DNA from: an uncultured Methanosarcinaceae archaeon
Lineage (GTDB): Archaea; Halobacteriota; Methanosarcinia; Methanosarcinales; Methanosarcinaceae
Assembly: GCA_963733675.1 (NCBI GenBank)
Contig: CAVTET010000003.1
Location: forward strand, 448,001-512,000
Direction of reading: 5' to 3'
Length of the DNA: 64,000 nt
Made by a program: the position numbers and the translations under genes. Under the pieces are notes generated by a model. It had not been told where the DNA came from, ran no database searches, and saw only the letters and a program-made list of their open reading frames with translations. This document shows positions 12,067 to 23,260 of this stretch, one piece after another (within the stretch, counting starts at the first letter, position 1; each line of letters begins with the position of its first letter).

Positions 12067-13248
12067 TTGCAATCTATAGTACAGGAAGCAATGAAATTCA
12101 GTGAAAAAGAGAAGGAATATCGAAAAAATTCCTCTTCAGATGATGAATTTGATGAATTTGGGCAACCGAGAATCATGATTATCGGATGCGGGGGTGCTGG
12201 GAATAATACTGTAAACCGGCTCTATAATATCGGAATTGAAGGTGCTGAAACGATTTGTATCAATACGGATAAGCAGCACCTTGATAATGTCAGAGCTGAT
12301 AAGAAGATCCTGGTGGGAAAAACACTTACTAGGGGATTGGGAGCCGGTGGTTATCCAGAGACTGGAAAAAAAGCTGCTGAACTTGCAAGAGGCACCCTTG
12401 AAGAAGTATTAAAGGATGTAGATCTAGTTTTCATCACTGCAGGTCTTGGTGGAGGTACAGGAACAGGTGTTGCTCCTGTGGTTGCAGAGGTGGCAAAAGA
12501 ACAGGGAGCAATTGTCGTAGGAATGGTATCTAGCCCTTTCAGAGTAGAAAGGGCTCGCATCTTCAAGGCCGAAGAAGGCCTTGAAGATCTTCGCAGGGCA
12601 GCTGATACTGTAATTGTACTGGACAACAACAGGTTACTTAACTACGTACCCAACCTTCCTATTGAACAGGCTTTTTCTGTAATGGATCAGCTAATTGCCG
12701 AAACAGTAAAAGGAATCACAGAGACAATAACAGTGCCTTCTCTAATAAACCTTGACTATGCAGACATCAGAACTATTATGAGCTGTGGTGGGGTTGCAGT
12801 AATGCTCGTAGGCGAGTCAAAAAGCCAGGACAAGAGCACTGAAGTAGTGCGCACTGCTCTAAATCACCCCCTTCTTGATGTTGATTACAAGGGTGCAACT
12901 GGAAGCTTGATCCATGTAACTGGTGGGTCTGACCTTAGCCTGAAGGAAGCTGAAGAAATTGCTTCCATGCTTACCTATGAACTTTCCCCAAATGCCAATG
13001 TTATTTGGGGTGCAAGGATAAGGGAAGGCTATGAAGGCAAAGTGAGAGTAATGGCAATTATGACAGGTGTCCAGTCTGCTCAGATATTAGGTCCTCAAGC
13101 AGTATCAGGAATCCTGGAGTCCAGATCCGAAACTGATCCCATTCATGGAAGAAGATTCGGAAAAATGATGCATGCCGGTCAAAAAGGAGATACTTCAGGG
13201 CCCTCCAGAAAAAAGGATGATGAATCAATCATTGACTTTATAAATTAA
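12067..13248 (+). CDS. ftsZ: Cell division protein FtsZ
   Basis: [17 protein letters not shown] tubulin signature, INLDYAD; TTG start after GAGGGG. Confidence 0.97.
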   Translation: MQSIVQEAMKFSEKEKEYRKNSSSDDEFDEFGQPRIMIIGCGGAGNNTVNRLYNIGIEGAETICINTDKQHLDNVRADKKILVGKTLTRGLGAGGYPETGKKAAELARGTLEEVLKDVDLVFITAGLGGGTGTGVAPVVAEVAKEQGAIVVGMVSSPFRVERARIFKAEEGLEDLRRAADTVIVLDNNRLLNYVPNLPIEQAFSVMDQLIAETVKGITETITVPSLINLDYADIRTIMSCGGVAVMLVGESKSQDKSTEVVRTALNHPLLDVDYKGATGSLIHVTGGSDLSLKEAEEIASMLTYELSPNANVIWGARIREGYEGKVRVMAIMTGVQSAQILGPQAVSGILESRSETDPIHGRRFGKMMHAGQKGDTSGPSRKKDDESIIDFIN

Positions 13249-13367
13249 TCAAGCCGAAGGCAAAAGTCCGGACCATCAACGCTGAAAATTCGGGCTTTCT
13301 ACTAGATATTTTTTGCGAATCTTTTTCTAACAGATACTCTTTTTAATAAGTGGTTCTATCTGAAAGT

Positions 13368-14849
13368 ATGAAAATTTTGATTCCAACAGGGCAGCTTGCT
13401 GAAAATATCGTCAGGAAATCAGTTGGAAAAAAAGCCGATGTTCTAGTGGTAGATATTGACATTGCTGCCTTCATTAATCCTAAAAGACTTATCAAAGCAT
13501 TTCAAGAAGCAAAAATCCCAAAAAATTACGATCTTATTCTTCTTCCAGGGCTTGTAGCGGGAGATTTTTCAGAAGCTTCTGAAAAATTGGGATGTAAAAT
13601 ACGGCTTGGACCAAAGCAAGCCTATGATCTTGGTTTCGTCTTGCAGTTTGTTGAAAAGATAGAGTTTTCCAAAACAATTCCAGCCTGTGAGTTCCTTATC
13701 GACGTTAGAAAGGAAAAGGCTTTAGAGCTCATAAGGCAAACCGAAAAAAAAGCTCTTTCACCCCTTACGCTGATGGGACTAAAAATTGGAGGAAGAGCCT
13801 GCATGAAAATTATGGCTGAGATTGTAGGGGCTATGGAGTTGGATACCCACATACTTCAGATAAGAATCGAAGCCTTTATCGCCCGTGGGGCAGATATTAT
13901 CGACTTAGGGACCACACTTAATACTCTGCCTGGGCAGGTTCGAAAAGTCGTATCCTTTGTAAAAGCCATTACCAACGTCCCAGTAAGCATCGATACTCTT
14001 GACCCTGAGTTGATAACTGAAGGAGTTGAAGCAGGAGCAGACATTGTCCTTAGCTTGAACAGCATAAATATGGGAATTGCAGGTCCTCTTGTTGCAAGAA
14101 CAGGGACTGCAGCCGTGATAATCCCTGATGAGGGCAATAGTCTTGAAAGCCTTATCAGAAATATAGAAGCTGCCAGTAGGCTTGGAATTAAGAAAATTAT
14201 AGCTGATCCTGTCCTTGACTCTGTGGGTCATAATATAACTGAATCCATTGTTCGTTATTATGAGTTTCACAGGATATATCCCCAAATACCTGTATTTCTT
14301 GGAGTTGGCAATGCTGTGGAACTTCTGGATGTTGATACCATAGGAGTTAATGCTACATTATGTGGGATAGGAGCAGAAGTAGGAGCAAGTATTCTTTTTA
14401 CCCCCGAATTCAGTAACAAGGCGCAGGGTTCCATCCGGGAACTTAAAAGAGCTTCCCATATGATGCAGCTTTCCAGTATAAGGGGAAGTTCTCCTAAAGA
14501 TCTTGGGCTTGACTTGCTCTGCATTAAGGAAAAACGCCGTCGTCCTGACTTCTCCATCCCGGAAAATGCAATCCTAGCCAGAGCTTCTAAAAACTGGCAT
14601 TTAGATCCGGCAGGTCCTATCCGCATTTGGATAGTACAGGATAGCATAAGTGGAAATGGTGGAGTAATCGTAGCTGAGCATGAAAAAGCCTCAGTAGTAG
14701 GAAAAAATGCCAAAGAAGTTATTGATACACTGTTTGAGCTAGAAATAGTCTCCTGTTTGGATCATGCAGCGTATCTGGGAAGAGAATTAGAAAAAGCCGA
14801 ACTTGCCCTGTACTTTAACAGAAGTTATGCTCAAGATGATGTATTCTGA
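13368..14849 (+). CDS. Dihydropteroate synthase-like protein with C-terminal DUF4346-like region
   Basis: GADIIDLG and SIDTLDP pterin-binding barrel motifs; HAAYLGRELEKAE C-terminus. Confidence 0.82.
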   Translation: MKILIPTGQLAENIVRKSVGKKADVLVVDIDIAAFINPKRLIKAFQEAKIPKNYDLILLPGLVAGDFSEASEKLGCKIRLGPKQAYDLGFVLQFVEKIEFSKTIPACEFLIDVRKEKALELIRQTEKKALSPLTLMGLKIGGRACMKIMAEIVGAMELDTHILQIRIEAFIARGADIIDLGTTLNTLPGQVRKVVSFVKAITNVPVSIDTLDPELITEGVEAGADIVLSLNSINMGIAGPLVARTGTAAVIIPDEGNSLESLIRNIEAASRLGIKKIIADPVLDSVGHNITESIVRYYEFHRIYPQIPVFLGVGNAVELLDVDTIGVNATLCGIGAEVGASILFTPEFSNKAQGSIRELKRASHMMQLSSIRGSSPKDLGLDLLCIKEKRRRPDFSIPENAILARASKNWHLDPAGPIRIWIVQDSISGNGGVIVAEHEKASVVGKNAKEVIDTLFELEIVSCLDHAAYLGRELEKAELALYFNRSYAQDDVF

Positions 14850-14882
14850 GAGAAACGCAGACAAAATGAGGGACGTGAGAGA

Positions 14883-15341
14883 ATGAGACTCGAAAATGAA
14901 GACAAAGAAGCAATTTTTGAGATAGCTGCAGCGCGCTATTTTACAACACAAAACTGGAAATGGGTAAACCTGAAGAAAGATTTTAATAGGATCATCAAAG
15001 CTTTTGATGAACTTAACGAACAATATGCATCCTATTCCTATGTGAGCAGGGACTGGTATGTCGAAAATATGGGTTCTAGGAACCTTCATATGTGCAATAG
15101 CTGGGAAGAACTCAAAAATATGGTTGTATTTCTGAATACTCATGGAAATATTTTTAATTTTCTTGTCAACACAGGAAACGGAAAATCTTTCTGCATCTTA
15201 AGCGATTCTAGAGAATTGAAAGAAATTCATGCAAACGCAATCAAAGAAGGTCAGAAACTCGGATATAATGCTTTTGTGTTCTTAGCCACGATTCCGGAAG
15301 AAATTGATTTCCAGTTACTTCAGGTTAGGGGGGTGAAATAA
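14883..15341 (+). CDS. Conserved hypothetical protein
   Basis: 152-aa ORF co-oriented with and close to the upstream gene; normal composition. Confidence 0.7.
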   Translation: MRLENEDKEAIFEIAAARYFTTQNWKWVNLKKDFNRIIKAFDELNEQYASYSYVSRDWYVENMGSRNLHMCNSWEELKNMVVFLNTHGNIFNFLVNTGNGKSFCILSDSRELKEIHANAIKEGQKLGYNAFVFLATIPEEIDFQLLQVRGVK

Positions 15342-15638
15342 AATCTCTAACCTGTTTAAGCTTTCTTTTTAATTAATGCTATTAAGGCGAAACGTCCTTT
15401 TTTGAGAGATCATTTTTAAACTGGATTTTTGGATTGGTTACTTGCAGGAGTTCTTCTTCTAATATTCGTTTGATTTTATTTCCAAGAAGAATAAGTGCTA
15501 TTTTCCTGTCTTTTTGTTCCACACTTTGTGAGGTTAGTTAGAGAAGATCTTCCTTATGCATGCAGACACAAATATTGTTACATTGGAAACTTGATTATGA
15601 AAACATTGAACACTTATGACAAACGAACCTTGGAGGAA

Positions 15639-15857
15639 TTATTTATTTAACCAGACCAACCATCTATTAGATTCCCTTTTGAGGCTTATTTTGTCTTCTC
15701 TGGCAAGCCACCCAATAGCCATTAAAGCTATCTGGGAATCGAAACCATTCATATTCAGGTGGTTCTTTATCTGGTTCAAACTACATTCCCCTTCTTCCAA
15801 TCTGTGGTACAGCACTCCTGCGGCTTTCCCTATCTTCATGTTCATGTACTCTGCCAT
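15639..15857 (-). CDS. Small winged-helix protein (DUF2582-like)
   Basis: IGKAAG...ALMAIGWLAREDKI motif. Confidence 0.8.
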   Translation of the reverse strand: MAEYMNMKIGKAAGVLYHRLEEGECSLNQIKNHLNMNGFDSQIALMAIGWLAREDKISLKRESNRWLVWLNK

Positions 15858-16465
15858 TCTTATCACCGATATTATTATCTAAATCTTACTTTTTTTGAAA
15901 TATAAATATCGTTTTTGGAATTGTAATTTAATGGGGAAAGATATCTAGATATATTAAATCAAAAAATGAATTATAAAGTCAAAAAATTGATTTGGAAATC
16001 TACCTTGAAACATATAACTGAATTTCTCACAATAAATAAAAACCTTTTTCCTGTGGTAGGTGAACTGAAAACTATTTACATCTTCTCTTCGGTTTATCAT
16101 AAAATGTAGATTTCTTTTCAAATTGTATACAACTTGGATTAAATGTGTCCCAGTTCTTTTTTGCATCTACCATAAAGTATCATTTTATAATTAGATGGTT
16201 ATTTAAGGCAATCAAATTATACATAATTTTATCAAGTCATAAAATTTCTCAACAGATAAATATTTTTCTGAAACTGGATTTAATCTTTTTTAAAAATAAA
16301 AATCTGTCTGCTGTCTGCGCATGTATTGATTACTTCTAATCGCTCAATACACCTTGTATAAAGGAAAAAGATGAAAAAAATGCAATTTATTGTTGGAGAT
16401 ACTCTAATAATCAATCATGAAATCATTTTTCTCACAAATTCTCCTGTTTTCATCAGATCTGCTCA

Positions 16466-16559
16466 AGAGAATTTCAATTAACTCCCGATTTCAACAAAAT
16501 GCTTACATCGGATTTATGAACAATCACCCTAAAATTGGAGTTTTTTTAAATCTTCTCTA
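16466..16559. repeat. ~95-bp inverted-terminus element, degenerate copy
   Basis: AGAGAATTTCAATTAACTCCCGATTTCAACAAA...AAAATTGGAGTTTTTTTAAATCTTCTCTA resembles the 42408 copy and the reverse complement of the 22230 copy. Confidence 0.6.
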
Positions 16560-16934
16560 ATTTGTTCGAACAAAAGCTATAAAACTATAGGCAAAAATGA
16601 TGCTCTTATACTTTACAAATCCAGCATAATAACAACTGAAGAAGATTTCGATTGGATCTTCTCGTTAGTATTAAGCAACCTTGGGAATAAAAAATAGTTG
16701 TCAGGTTGGTGTTATTCACCCCATATGTTAAAAAAGAGCAGCGGATATTGATTGATAAGTGATTATTTCTTCCTCAAAAATGAGTAGATGACATGTAATG
16801 CTTTTTAAAAGCTAATGTTCCTCTTGAGGATTCCTCATACTAATAGCCGGGGAAAAAAATCATCCATCAGGCAAAAGAGTACAAAAAGTTTATATAAAAA
16901 ATAACTGTTTACTTTTTCGTTGGAAATAGATGGA

Positions 16935-17112
16935 AATAAATGTTGTAGATCTATATCAAAAATTCAAAAAAAAATATTGTAATAAGTAGTAACTCTAATA
17001 GATATTGCAAATCTATATCTAAAATTCAAAAATATGTTAATAAGTAGCAACCATAATAGATGTTCCAGATTTATATGATAGCTATATCTCAAATATGATA
17101 GCTATATCTCAA
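16935..17112. repeat. About 2.4 copies of a ~60-bp imperfect tandem repeat, followed by an exact 20-bp duplication
   Basis: Unit AATARATRTTGYARATCTATATC.AAAATTCAAAAA...TAATAAGTAGYAAC repeated; ATATGATAGCTATATCTCAA twice at 17073-17112. Confidence 0.75.
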
Positions 17113-17472
17113 TTATTAAGAACAGACGGGAAAAAACCTTGGCCTGTGATTCTACCAGCCACGTGTATCAAATCTAATGTATATAAAATTGTCGCATTTG
17201 GGAAAAGTATCAAGCGGAAAGAAGTTCAGGTTAATGTTCTTTCTATTAGAGAAAAAAGTAGTTATTGATGGTTGCTATAGCTCATCTGATTATTAATATA
17301 AAAATTATCCTATGGTGGTGAAACTATAGCGTTAGAGAAACTTGAGATGAGTCTTTCGTGTTACAATGCTAATCTTAATTATTATCGAATGTTATAAATA
17401 TATTAAGTATATGATTGGATAGAAAATCTCGATTTATTTTTTAAAGATATTATGAGAGAAGTGATCGGCTAA

Positions 17473-19911
17473 ATGGAGATTATAACCGAAAATAGAGTTG
17501 CTAAGGCGATTTTTAAAGGCTTGTTTAGTTTAGTCATTCTGTCGCTAACACAGGCAATAGCTGCTGCCAGTGAGGCAAATCTTAAGATTCCAAATTTGAG
17601 CCAGGAGCAAAACAATTTACTGCTCTACGGTATTGTTGTGTGTGTATTAGGAATGCTATTCGGTCTTTATCAATTTATAAAGGTGAATAGAATTCAAGCC
17701 CATCAGTGCATGCTGGATGTAGCCAACATCATTTACGAGACTTGCAAGACGTATCTTATCCAGCAGGGTAAATTACTGTGCATATTATTTGCCTTTATCG
17801 GTTTCTGTATAGCCTTTTACTTTGGTTTCCTGCAGAAAACATCTCTTAGTGGAGTTTTGCTCATCCTGACCTGGACTGTAATAGGAATATTGGGTTCCTA
17901 CAGTGTTGCTTGGTACGGTATTCGCATGAATACTCTGGCTAATAGCAGAGTCGCATTTACTGCCCTGGGAACAAAACCCTTGGAAATGTTAAACATTGCT
18001 CTTGATGCAGGAATGAGCATAGGAGTGCTTCTTGTCTGCGTTGAGCTGATAATGATGTTAATCATATTGCTGTTTGTTCCGAGGGCGTTGGCCGGCGCAA
18101 GCTTCATAGGCTTTGCAATCGGCGAATCTCTGGGAGCCAGTGCCTTGCGTATCGCCGGAGGCATATTCACCAAAATTGCTGATATAAGTGCTGACCTGAT
18201 GAAAATAGTCTTTGGAATAAAAGAAGACGACCCACGTAATCCAGGTGTTATTGCCGATTGCACGGGAGACAATGCAGGTGACAGTATAGGACCAACTGCA
18301 GATGGATTCGAAACGTATGGAGTAACTGGTGTAGCTTTAATATCCTTCATCGTCCTGGCTGTGCAACCTGCCTTGACAGGCATCTTGCTTACCTGGATAT
18401 TTGTAATGCGTGTGCTTATGATACTTACTTCCATAGGTTCGTTCTATATAAATAAAGCCTTAAGTCAATTAAGATTTGGCAGCAAAGAAGAATTCGATTT
18501 TGAACAGCCCCTGACCAGCTTGGTATGGATTACCTCCATTCTTTCAATCGCTGTAACCTTCGTCATAAGCTATTACATGTTAGGATCAGGTTCCGGAGTA
18601 CCCGGCCAGCTGGATAAACTCTGGCTAGTGCTCTCAGTAATCATAAGCTGTGGTACCCTGGGGGCAGCTTTGATTCCCGAATTTACCAAAAAATTTACAA
18701 GCCAGAATTGTTTGCATGTAGCCGAAGTTGTCAAAACTTCACGAGAAGGCGGCGCCTCACTTAACATCCTGTCTGGACTAGTTGCAGGAAACTTCAGTGC
18801 GTTCTGGATTGGCATGGTATTCATGGCATTGATGTTCTGTGCCTATTATGCTAGCGGTTATGGTTTGAGTGGGATAATGATCTATCCCTCCATATTTGCG
18901 TTTGGGCTTGTAGCATTTGGAATGCTGGGTATGGGCCCGGTTACAATAGCAGTCGATAGCTATGGGCCAGTGACAGATAATGCCCAGTCTATTTTCGAGT
19001 TGTCATTAATAGAATCCATCCCAAAAATAGATGCACAGATTCAAACAGAATATGGTTTCAAGCCGAATTTCGATAAAGCCAAAAAGTACCTGGAAGCTAA
19101 TGATGGAGCAGGAAATACCTTTAAGGCCACAGCTAAACCAGTTTTAATAGGTACAGCGGTTGTTGGTGCTACAACTATGATATTCTCTCTGATTCTGGTT
19201 ATTAAGAATGTTTTGGGGGTACAACCGGAAGAAATTCTAACTTTGCTTAATCCTTATACAATATTAGGATTTCTAGCAGGTGGTTCTGTAATCTATTGGT
19301 TTACTGGGGCATCAATCCAAGCTGTAACCGCTGGAGCCCATCGAGCGGTTGAATATATCAAGACGCATATCCGACTGGATGAAAATGCCAGCCAGAAAGC
19401 TGCCAAGGAAAATTCAAAAGAAGTAGTAAAGATTTGCACACAGTATGCTCAGCAAGGGATGTTCAACATATTTATAGCCGTATTTTCCTTTACATTAGCA
19501 TTTTCTTTCCTCTCAGCTCCTGTAAGCGGGAATCAATCAGTGTCGCTTTTCGTTTCCTACTTGATCTCCATCGCTGTATTCGGATTGTTCCAGGCCGTAT
19601 TCATGGCCAACGCCGGTGGGTGCTGGGATAATGCCAAAAAAGTAGTGGAAGTGGACTTGCAGGAAAAAGGCACTCCTTTACATGAGGCAACAATTGTAGG
19701 AGATACTGTAGGTGACCCTTTTAAAGACACTTCCTCGGTAGCTTTAAATCCAATCATCAAGTTCACCACATTGTTTGGTTTGTTAGCCATGGAAATAGCT
19801 ATATCTGAGTCCTTCAGAAGCGTTGCTCCCTATGTTGGCAGCGTATTCCTTTTGATTGCGTTACTCTTTGTATGGCGTTCATTCTATTCTATGAGGATAC
19901 CGAACGATTAA
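17473..19911 (+). CDS. hppA: Membrane-bound H+-translocating pyrophosphatase (long form, predicted K+-independent)
   Basis: GGIFTKIAD, EDDPRNPGVIADCTGDNAGD, DSYGPVTDNA, GNTFKA, GDTVGDPFKD motifs. Confidence 0.95.
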   Translation: MEIITENRVAKAIFKGLFSLVILSLTQAIAAASEANLKIPNLSQEQNNLLLYGIVVCVLGMLFGLYQFIKVNRIQAHQCMLDVANIIYETCKTYLIQQGKLLCILFAFIGFCIAFYFGFLQKTSLSGVLLILTWTVIGILGSYSVAWYGIRMNTLANSRVAFTALGTKPLEMLNIALDAGMSIGVLLVCVELIMMLIILLFVPRALAGASFIGFAIGESLGASALRIAGGIFTKIADISADLMKIVFGIKEDDPRNPGVIADCTGDNAGDSIGPTADGFETYGVTGVALISFIVLAVQPALTGILLTWIFVMRVLMILTSIGSFYINKALSQLRFGSKEEFDFEQPLTSLVWITSILSIAVTFVISYYMLGSGSGVPGQLDKLWLVLSVIISCGTLGAALIPEFTKKFTSQNCLHVAEVVKTSREGGASLNILSGLVAGNFSAFWIGMVFMALMFCAYYASGYGLSGIMIYPSIFAFGLVAFGMLGMGPVTIAVDSYGPVTDNAQSIFELSLIESIPKIDAQIQTEYGFKPNFDKAKKYLEANDGAGNTFKATAKPVLIGTAVVGATTMIFSLILVIKNVLGVQPEEILTLLNPYTILGFLAGGSVIYWFTGASIQAVTAGAHRAVEYIKTHIRLDENASQKAAKENSKEVVKICTQYAQQGMFNIFIAVFSFTLAFSFLSAPVSGNQSVSLFVSYLISIAVFGLFQAVFMANAGGCWDNAKKVVEVDLQEKGTPLHEATIVGDTVGDPFKDTSSVALNPIIKFTTLFGLLAMEIAISESFRSVAPYVGSVFLLIALLFVWRSFYSMRIPND

Positions 19912-19949
19912 AGAAGGAAATCATCTTTTGGTTAAGACTAATATCATAT

Positions 19950-20036
19950 ACCCTTGAAAAATCTTCCAATTTAGCCGATTGTCTATAAAATAGCCTATGA
20001 ATAATTTATTGAAATAAGAGGTTTATCGAAATTCTG
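19950..20036. repeat. ~90-bp inverted-terminus element with an intact right end
   Basis: AATTTATTGAAATAAGAGGTTTATCGAAATTCT matches the family right terminus; left end decayed. Confidence 0.55.
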
Positions 20037-20868
20037 ATGAGATTAGGTTGTACAAAAGCCGATGTTATGAGGGTTTATCTACTGAAAGTTCTCAGATCAT
20101 GTTCTGAATATTTTATGCTTAAAAGATTTCACTTAATCATGTTAATTTTAATACACTTCCAGTTGTGGAGTTTAACGCTAGAAAGATCAGATGGATCCTC
20201 GCTCGAGAGAAGAATGGTGTGAACATACTTCACTACGTATAAGATCCGGAATCTCAGCTCATCGAGTTCAAAATATCTTGAAGAAATACTATAATGCTCT
20301 TATCAAGAATTTTTTATCAACAGAATCATTACACGGCCAAAAAAACGTTATCGATGGGAAAATATGGCTAATTATAGTTAACTTAGCAATTGTTTATACT
20401 TTTATATTTGTTCATCAAGTATTTTTACTCAATTCTGAGCACATGATTTTGTTTAGCTAGCTTTGTATATTTTACCTCTGACCAATTCTCATAGTCATGT
20501 AATTGGTTCAATAAATTATTTCCAAATATCTTTCTCTAAACTTTTCCAGATAAATTTATGTGGATTTGTAGAAGTGGTTTCGGAACTGAAGAAATTCTCA
20601 TAATACTGGTCGTATGGGAATTTAATTATCGAGCATAATGATTGGATAGCTTCTTATCATTGCAAGGATTCAGAGTTCATTTGGGCGACCAATGATTAAT
20701 TTTTTGGTATCAGTATGTTCATCCTGTCTAACATAGTTTAGTCTCAAACAGTAGGACTCTTTCTAGAGCTCAGAATATCTATGTGGAGAGTAGGAGCTAA
20801 GACACACATTTTCCTCTTGAAGATCGGCGAGGTTGAGACTATTAAAAAAGTGATATTTTTGATAGAGC

Positions 20869-21894
20869 TCATGAGCCCATTACCACCTCCACAGTTTTCT
20901 TGTATATATTTTCAATTACGTATTCTACAACTGCATTCCCTACATCTATCGTTCTTGCCGTACCTTTCAGGTCAGGAGTAATAATCTTTTTTTGAAGCAC
21001 GTCAGCTATTGCCTCGTCAATAATCAGATAGCGCGGTTCACCCATCCATTCTAGCAACATCTTTACGCAAAGGATTGCAGCAAACGGGTTTGAAATACCT
21101 TTTCCTGCAATATCTGGTGCACTACCATGTACGGGTTCGAAAAAAGCATATTTTTCCCCTATATTGGCGCTGGGGACAAGGCCAAGGCTTCTGACAAGAG
21201 CTGCACACATATCACTCAAAATATCCCCAAAAAGGTTTGTTGTAACCACAACATCATATCTCTCTGGGTGCATCATAAGGCTATAAGCCATTGAATCAAC
21301 TAACATATCCCCATACTCCACGGCATGATCACTGGCGGTCCGTCTGCAAACATCAAGGAAAAGATTATCTGATTTCAAGACATTGGATTTGTGGACAATA
21401 GTCAGTTTGTTCTTTCTTTGTTTTGCAAGTTTGCAGGCATATTCTGCAATTCTCTCAGAGCCTCTTCGTGTGACAATTCTTTTTGTCCAGGATATCTCAG
21501 GTCCGATTCCCTCAATTCCCGAATACAATCCTTCAGTGTTTTCCCTGACAATAATAAAATCGAAATCGTTTTTTCCGGTAATGCCAACTACTCCAGGAAG
21601 GGGTTTTATAGGTCTTATATTGGCATAAAGGTCCAGTTCCTTCCGGATAGTCAGGAGCAAACTTTTGTAATTTGGCTCTGGTACGGTGGTAATTGCTCCA
21701 AAAAGAACTGCATCGCATCCCTTTATGGTTTCAAGATCTTCATTTGACATTGCAGTACCTACTTTCTCCCACCTTGCATAACCCAGTTCCAAAGGTACTT
21801 TCTCAATATCAAGCCCGAAAGCATCCAGAACCTTAACAGCTTCTGGAATCACTTCTCTACCAATCCCATCACCTTCGATTACAGCCAGTTTCAT
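20869..21894 (-). CDS. aksF: Isocitrate/isopropylmalate dehydrogenase family protein (probable homoisocitrate dehydrogenase AksF)
   Basis: [44 protein letters not shown]; probable start MKLAVIEG at 21894; the specific paralog assignment is inferred. Confidence 0.75.
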   Translation of the reverse strand: MKLAVIEGDGIGREVIPEAVKVLDAFGLDIEKVPLELGYARWEKVGTAMSNEDLETIKGCDAVLFGAITTVPEPNYKSLLLTIRKELDLYANIRPIKPLPGVVGITGKNDFDFIIVRENTEGLYSGIEGIGPEISWTKRIVTRRGSERIAEYACKLAKQRKNKLTIVHKSNVLKSDNLFLDVCRRTASDHAVEYGDMLVDSMAYSLMMHPERYDVVVTTNLFGDILSDMCAALVRSLGLVPSANIGEKYAFFEPVHGSAPDIAGKGISNPFAAILCVKMLLEWMGEPRYLIIDEAIADVLQKKIITPDLKGTARTIDVGNAVVEYVIENIYKKTVEVVMGS

Positions 21895-22229
21895 GCTAAC
21901 TGCATCTATAACTTGCAGTATATGAATTTGGTGTAACTTTTTCAAATATCAAAAGAGATTTATCAAAATTCTCTATGCATATCTATATCCCCTACTAACA
22001 TCGGACTAAACTATGTTGTGATTTTGTTTGTTGTTATATTTTTGATTTATATATCCATTAAATCCAATTCGAGGTGCTAAATTTCTTTATCGATTAAATT
22101 TCATTAACCACTTCAGGAATATTTTTTCTGGAATATTGTATAATTCCTCTATTCCATATGTTACTAGTTTAATAATGTCTCGAATGATTACTGATTTCAT
22201 TTTATATGCTGTAATCCCAAGAAATGATT

Positions 22230-22429
22230 TAGAAGATTTCGATAAACCCCAATTTTTGGATTATTGTTTAATGCCTAATAAGTAATTTGTTGAAATCGGA
22301 GGTTTATCGAAATTCTCTAAAGTTCAACAGAATTTATAGATAATTTCGATACACCCATTGATTTCGTCATGTGATTGTAGATTGTATCTAAATGGCTCGT
22401 GAAAATAAGAGGTTTATCGAAATCTTCTA
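22230..22429. repeat. Tandem pair of ~90-bp inverted-terminus elements (22230-22319 and 22337-22429)
   Basis: Each has ATTTCGATAMAC...GGTTTATCGAAAT; outer 19-bp ends TAGAAGATTTCGATAAACC / GGTTTATCGAAATCTTCTA are perfect reverse complements. Confidence 0.85.
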
Positions 22430-23083
22430 GAGTATTAAAATGTCATTATTTTTTCCAGGTATTTTAATTTTCTTATATTTGGAGTGCTTCTACTCCCATA
22501 ATATTCAATATTTTGGAAGTCAATGGCGATGTCTTAAACCTTAGTTTTAATGTAATCATCTTAAAAATTTCGATGTTTATTTTCCTCAATAAAAAATTTT
22601 TTTTCAACATAATTAGATTTTATATAATCAAAGATAATAAAAATTGGGCTAATTTTTATTTTTGATATCATGATCTTAGATCGTTATTTATAGATTCAAG
22701 AGGATTGTTAGAAGATGTTGCAGCCGGAAGTATATCATTAAAAAAATATTAAGAGCAATATTTTACTTACTCAAGTAAAGTTATTATATCAACAATACTA
22801 CATAATTCCGAAGATACATAAGGTAAATTTGTTGCATTTATGCCAGAATTGGAAGTATTTTTCTTTGCCATAATCAACTACTAAATTACCTCAAATAATT
22901 TATTTGATATTTTTCTAATTTGTAGAAATGGTTTTGGAACTAACTAGATTCGAAAATACTGTAATTAACAAAAACTATATGTTAGAGAATTGTTATTATC
23001 GCCTTAAAATTGCCATAATTTGCCAAACTTCATCATCATTTCATAATTGCCTTATTTGCCTTTAAAGATTTTCAGGTGAGTTA

Positions 23084-23260
23084 GTGAGCATCAACATAAA
23101 CAGATATAAATGCGGATATTGTGGTGCCTGCGTGGGAGTCTGCCCTAAGGGATCACTCGAACTTGTAGAGACCTGGGTTGAAGTGGATGAAAATACGTGC
23201 ATGATATGTGGAATATGCGATCGCATTTGCCCTGTTGGAGCAATTGAGGTAACTAAATGA
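23084..23260 (+). CDS. 2x[4Fe-4S] ferredoxin (58 aa, not in the ORF track)
   Basis: GTG start after AGGTGAG; [12 protein letters not shown] and [12 protein letters not shown] motifs; stop overlaps the GGR start (ATGA). Confidence 0.92.
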   Translation: MSININRYKCGYCGACVGVCPKGSLELVETWVEVDENTCMICGICDRICPVGAIEVTK

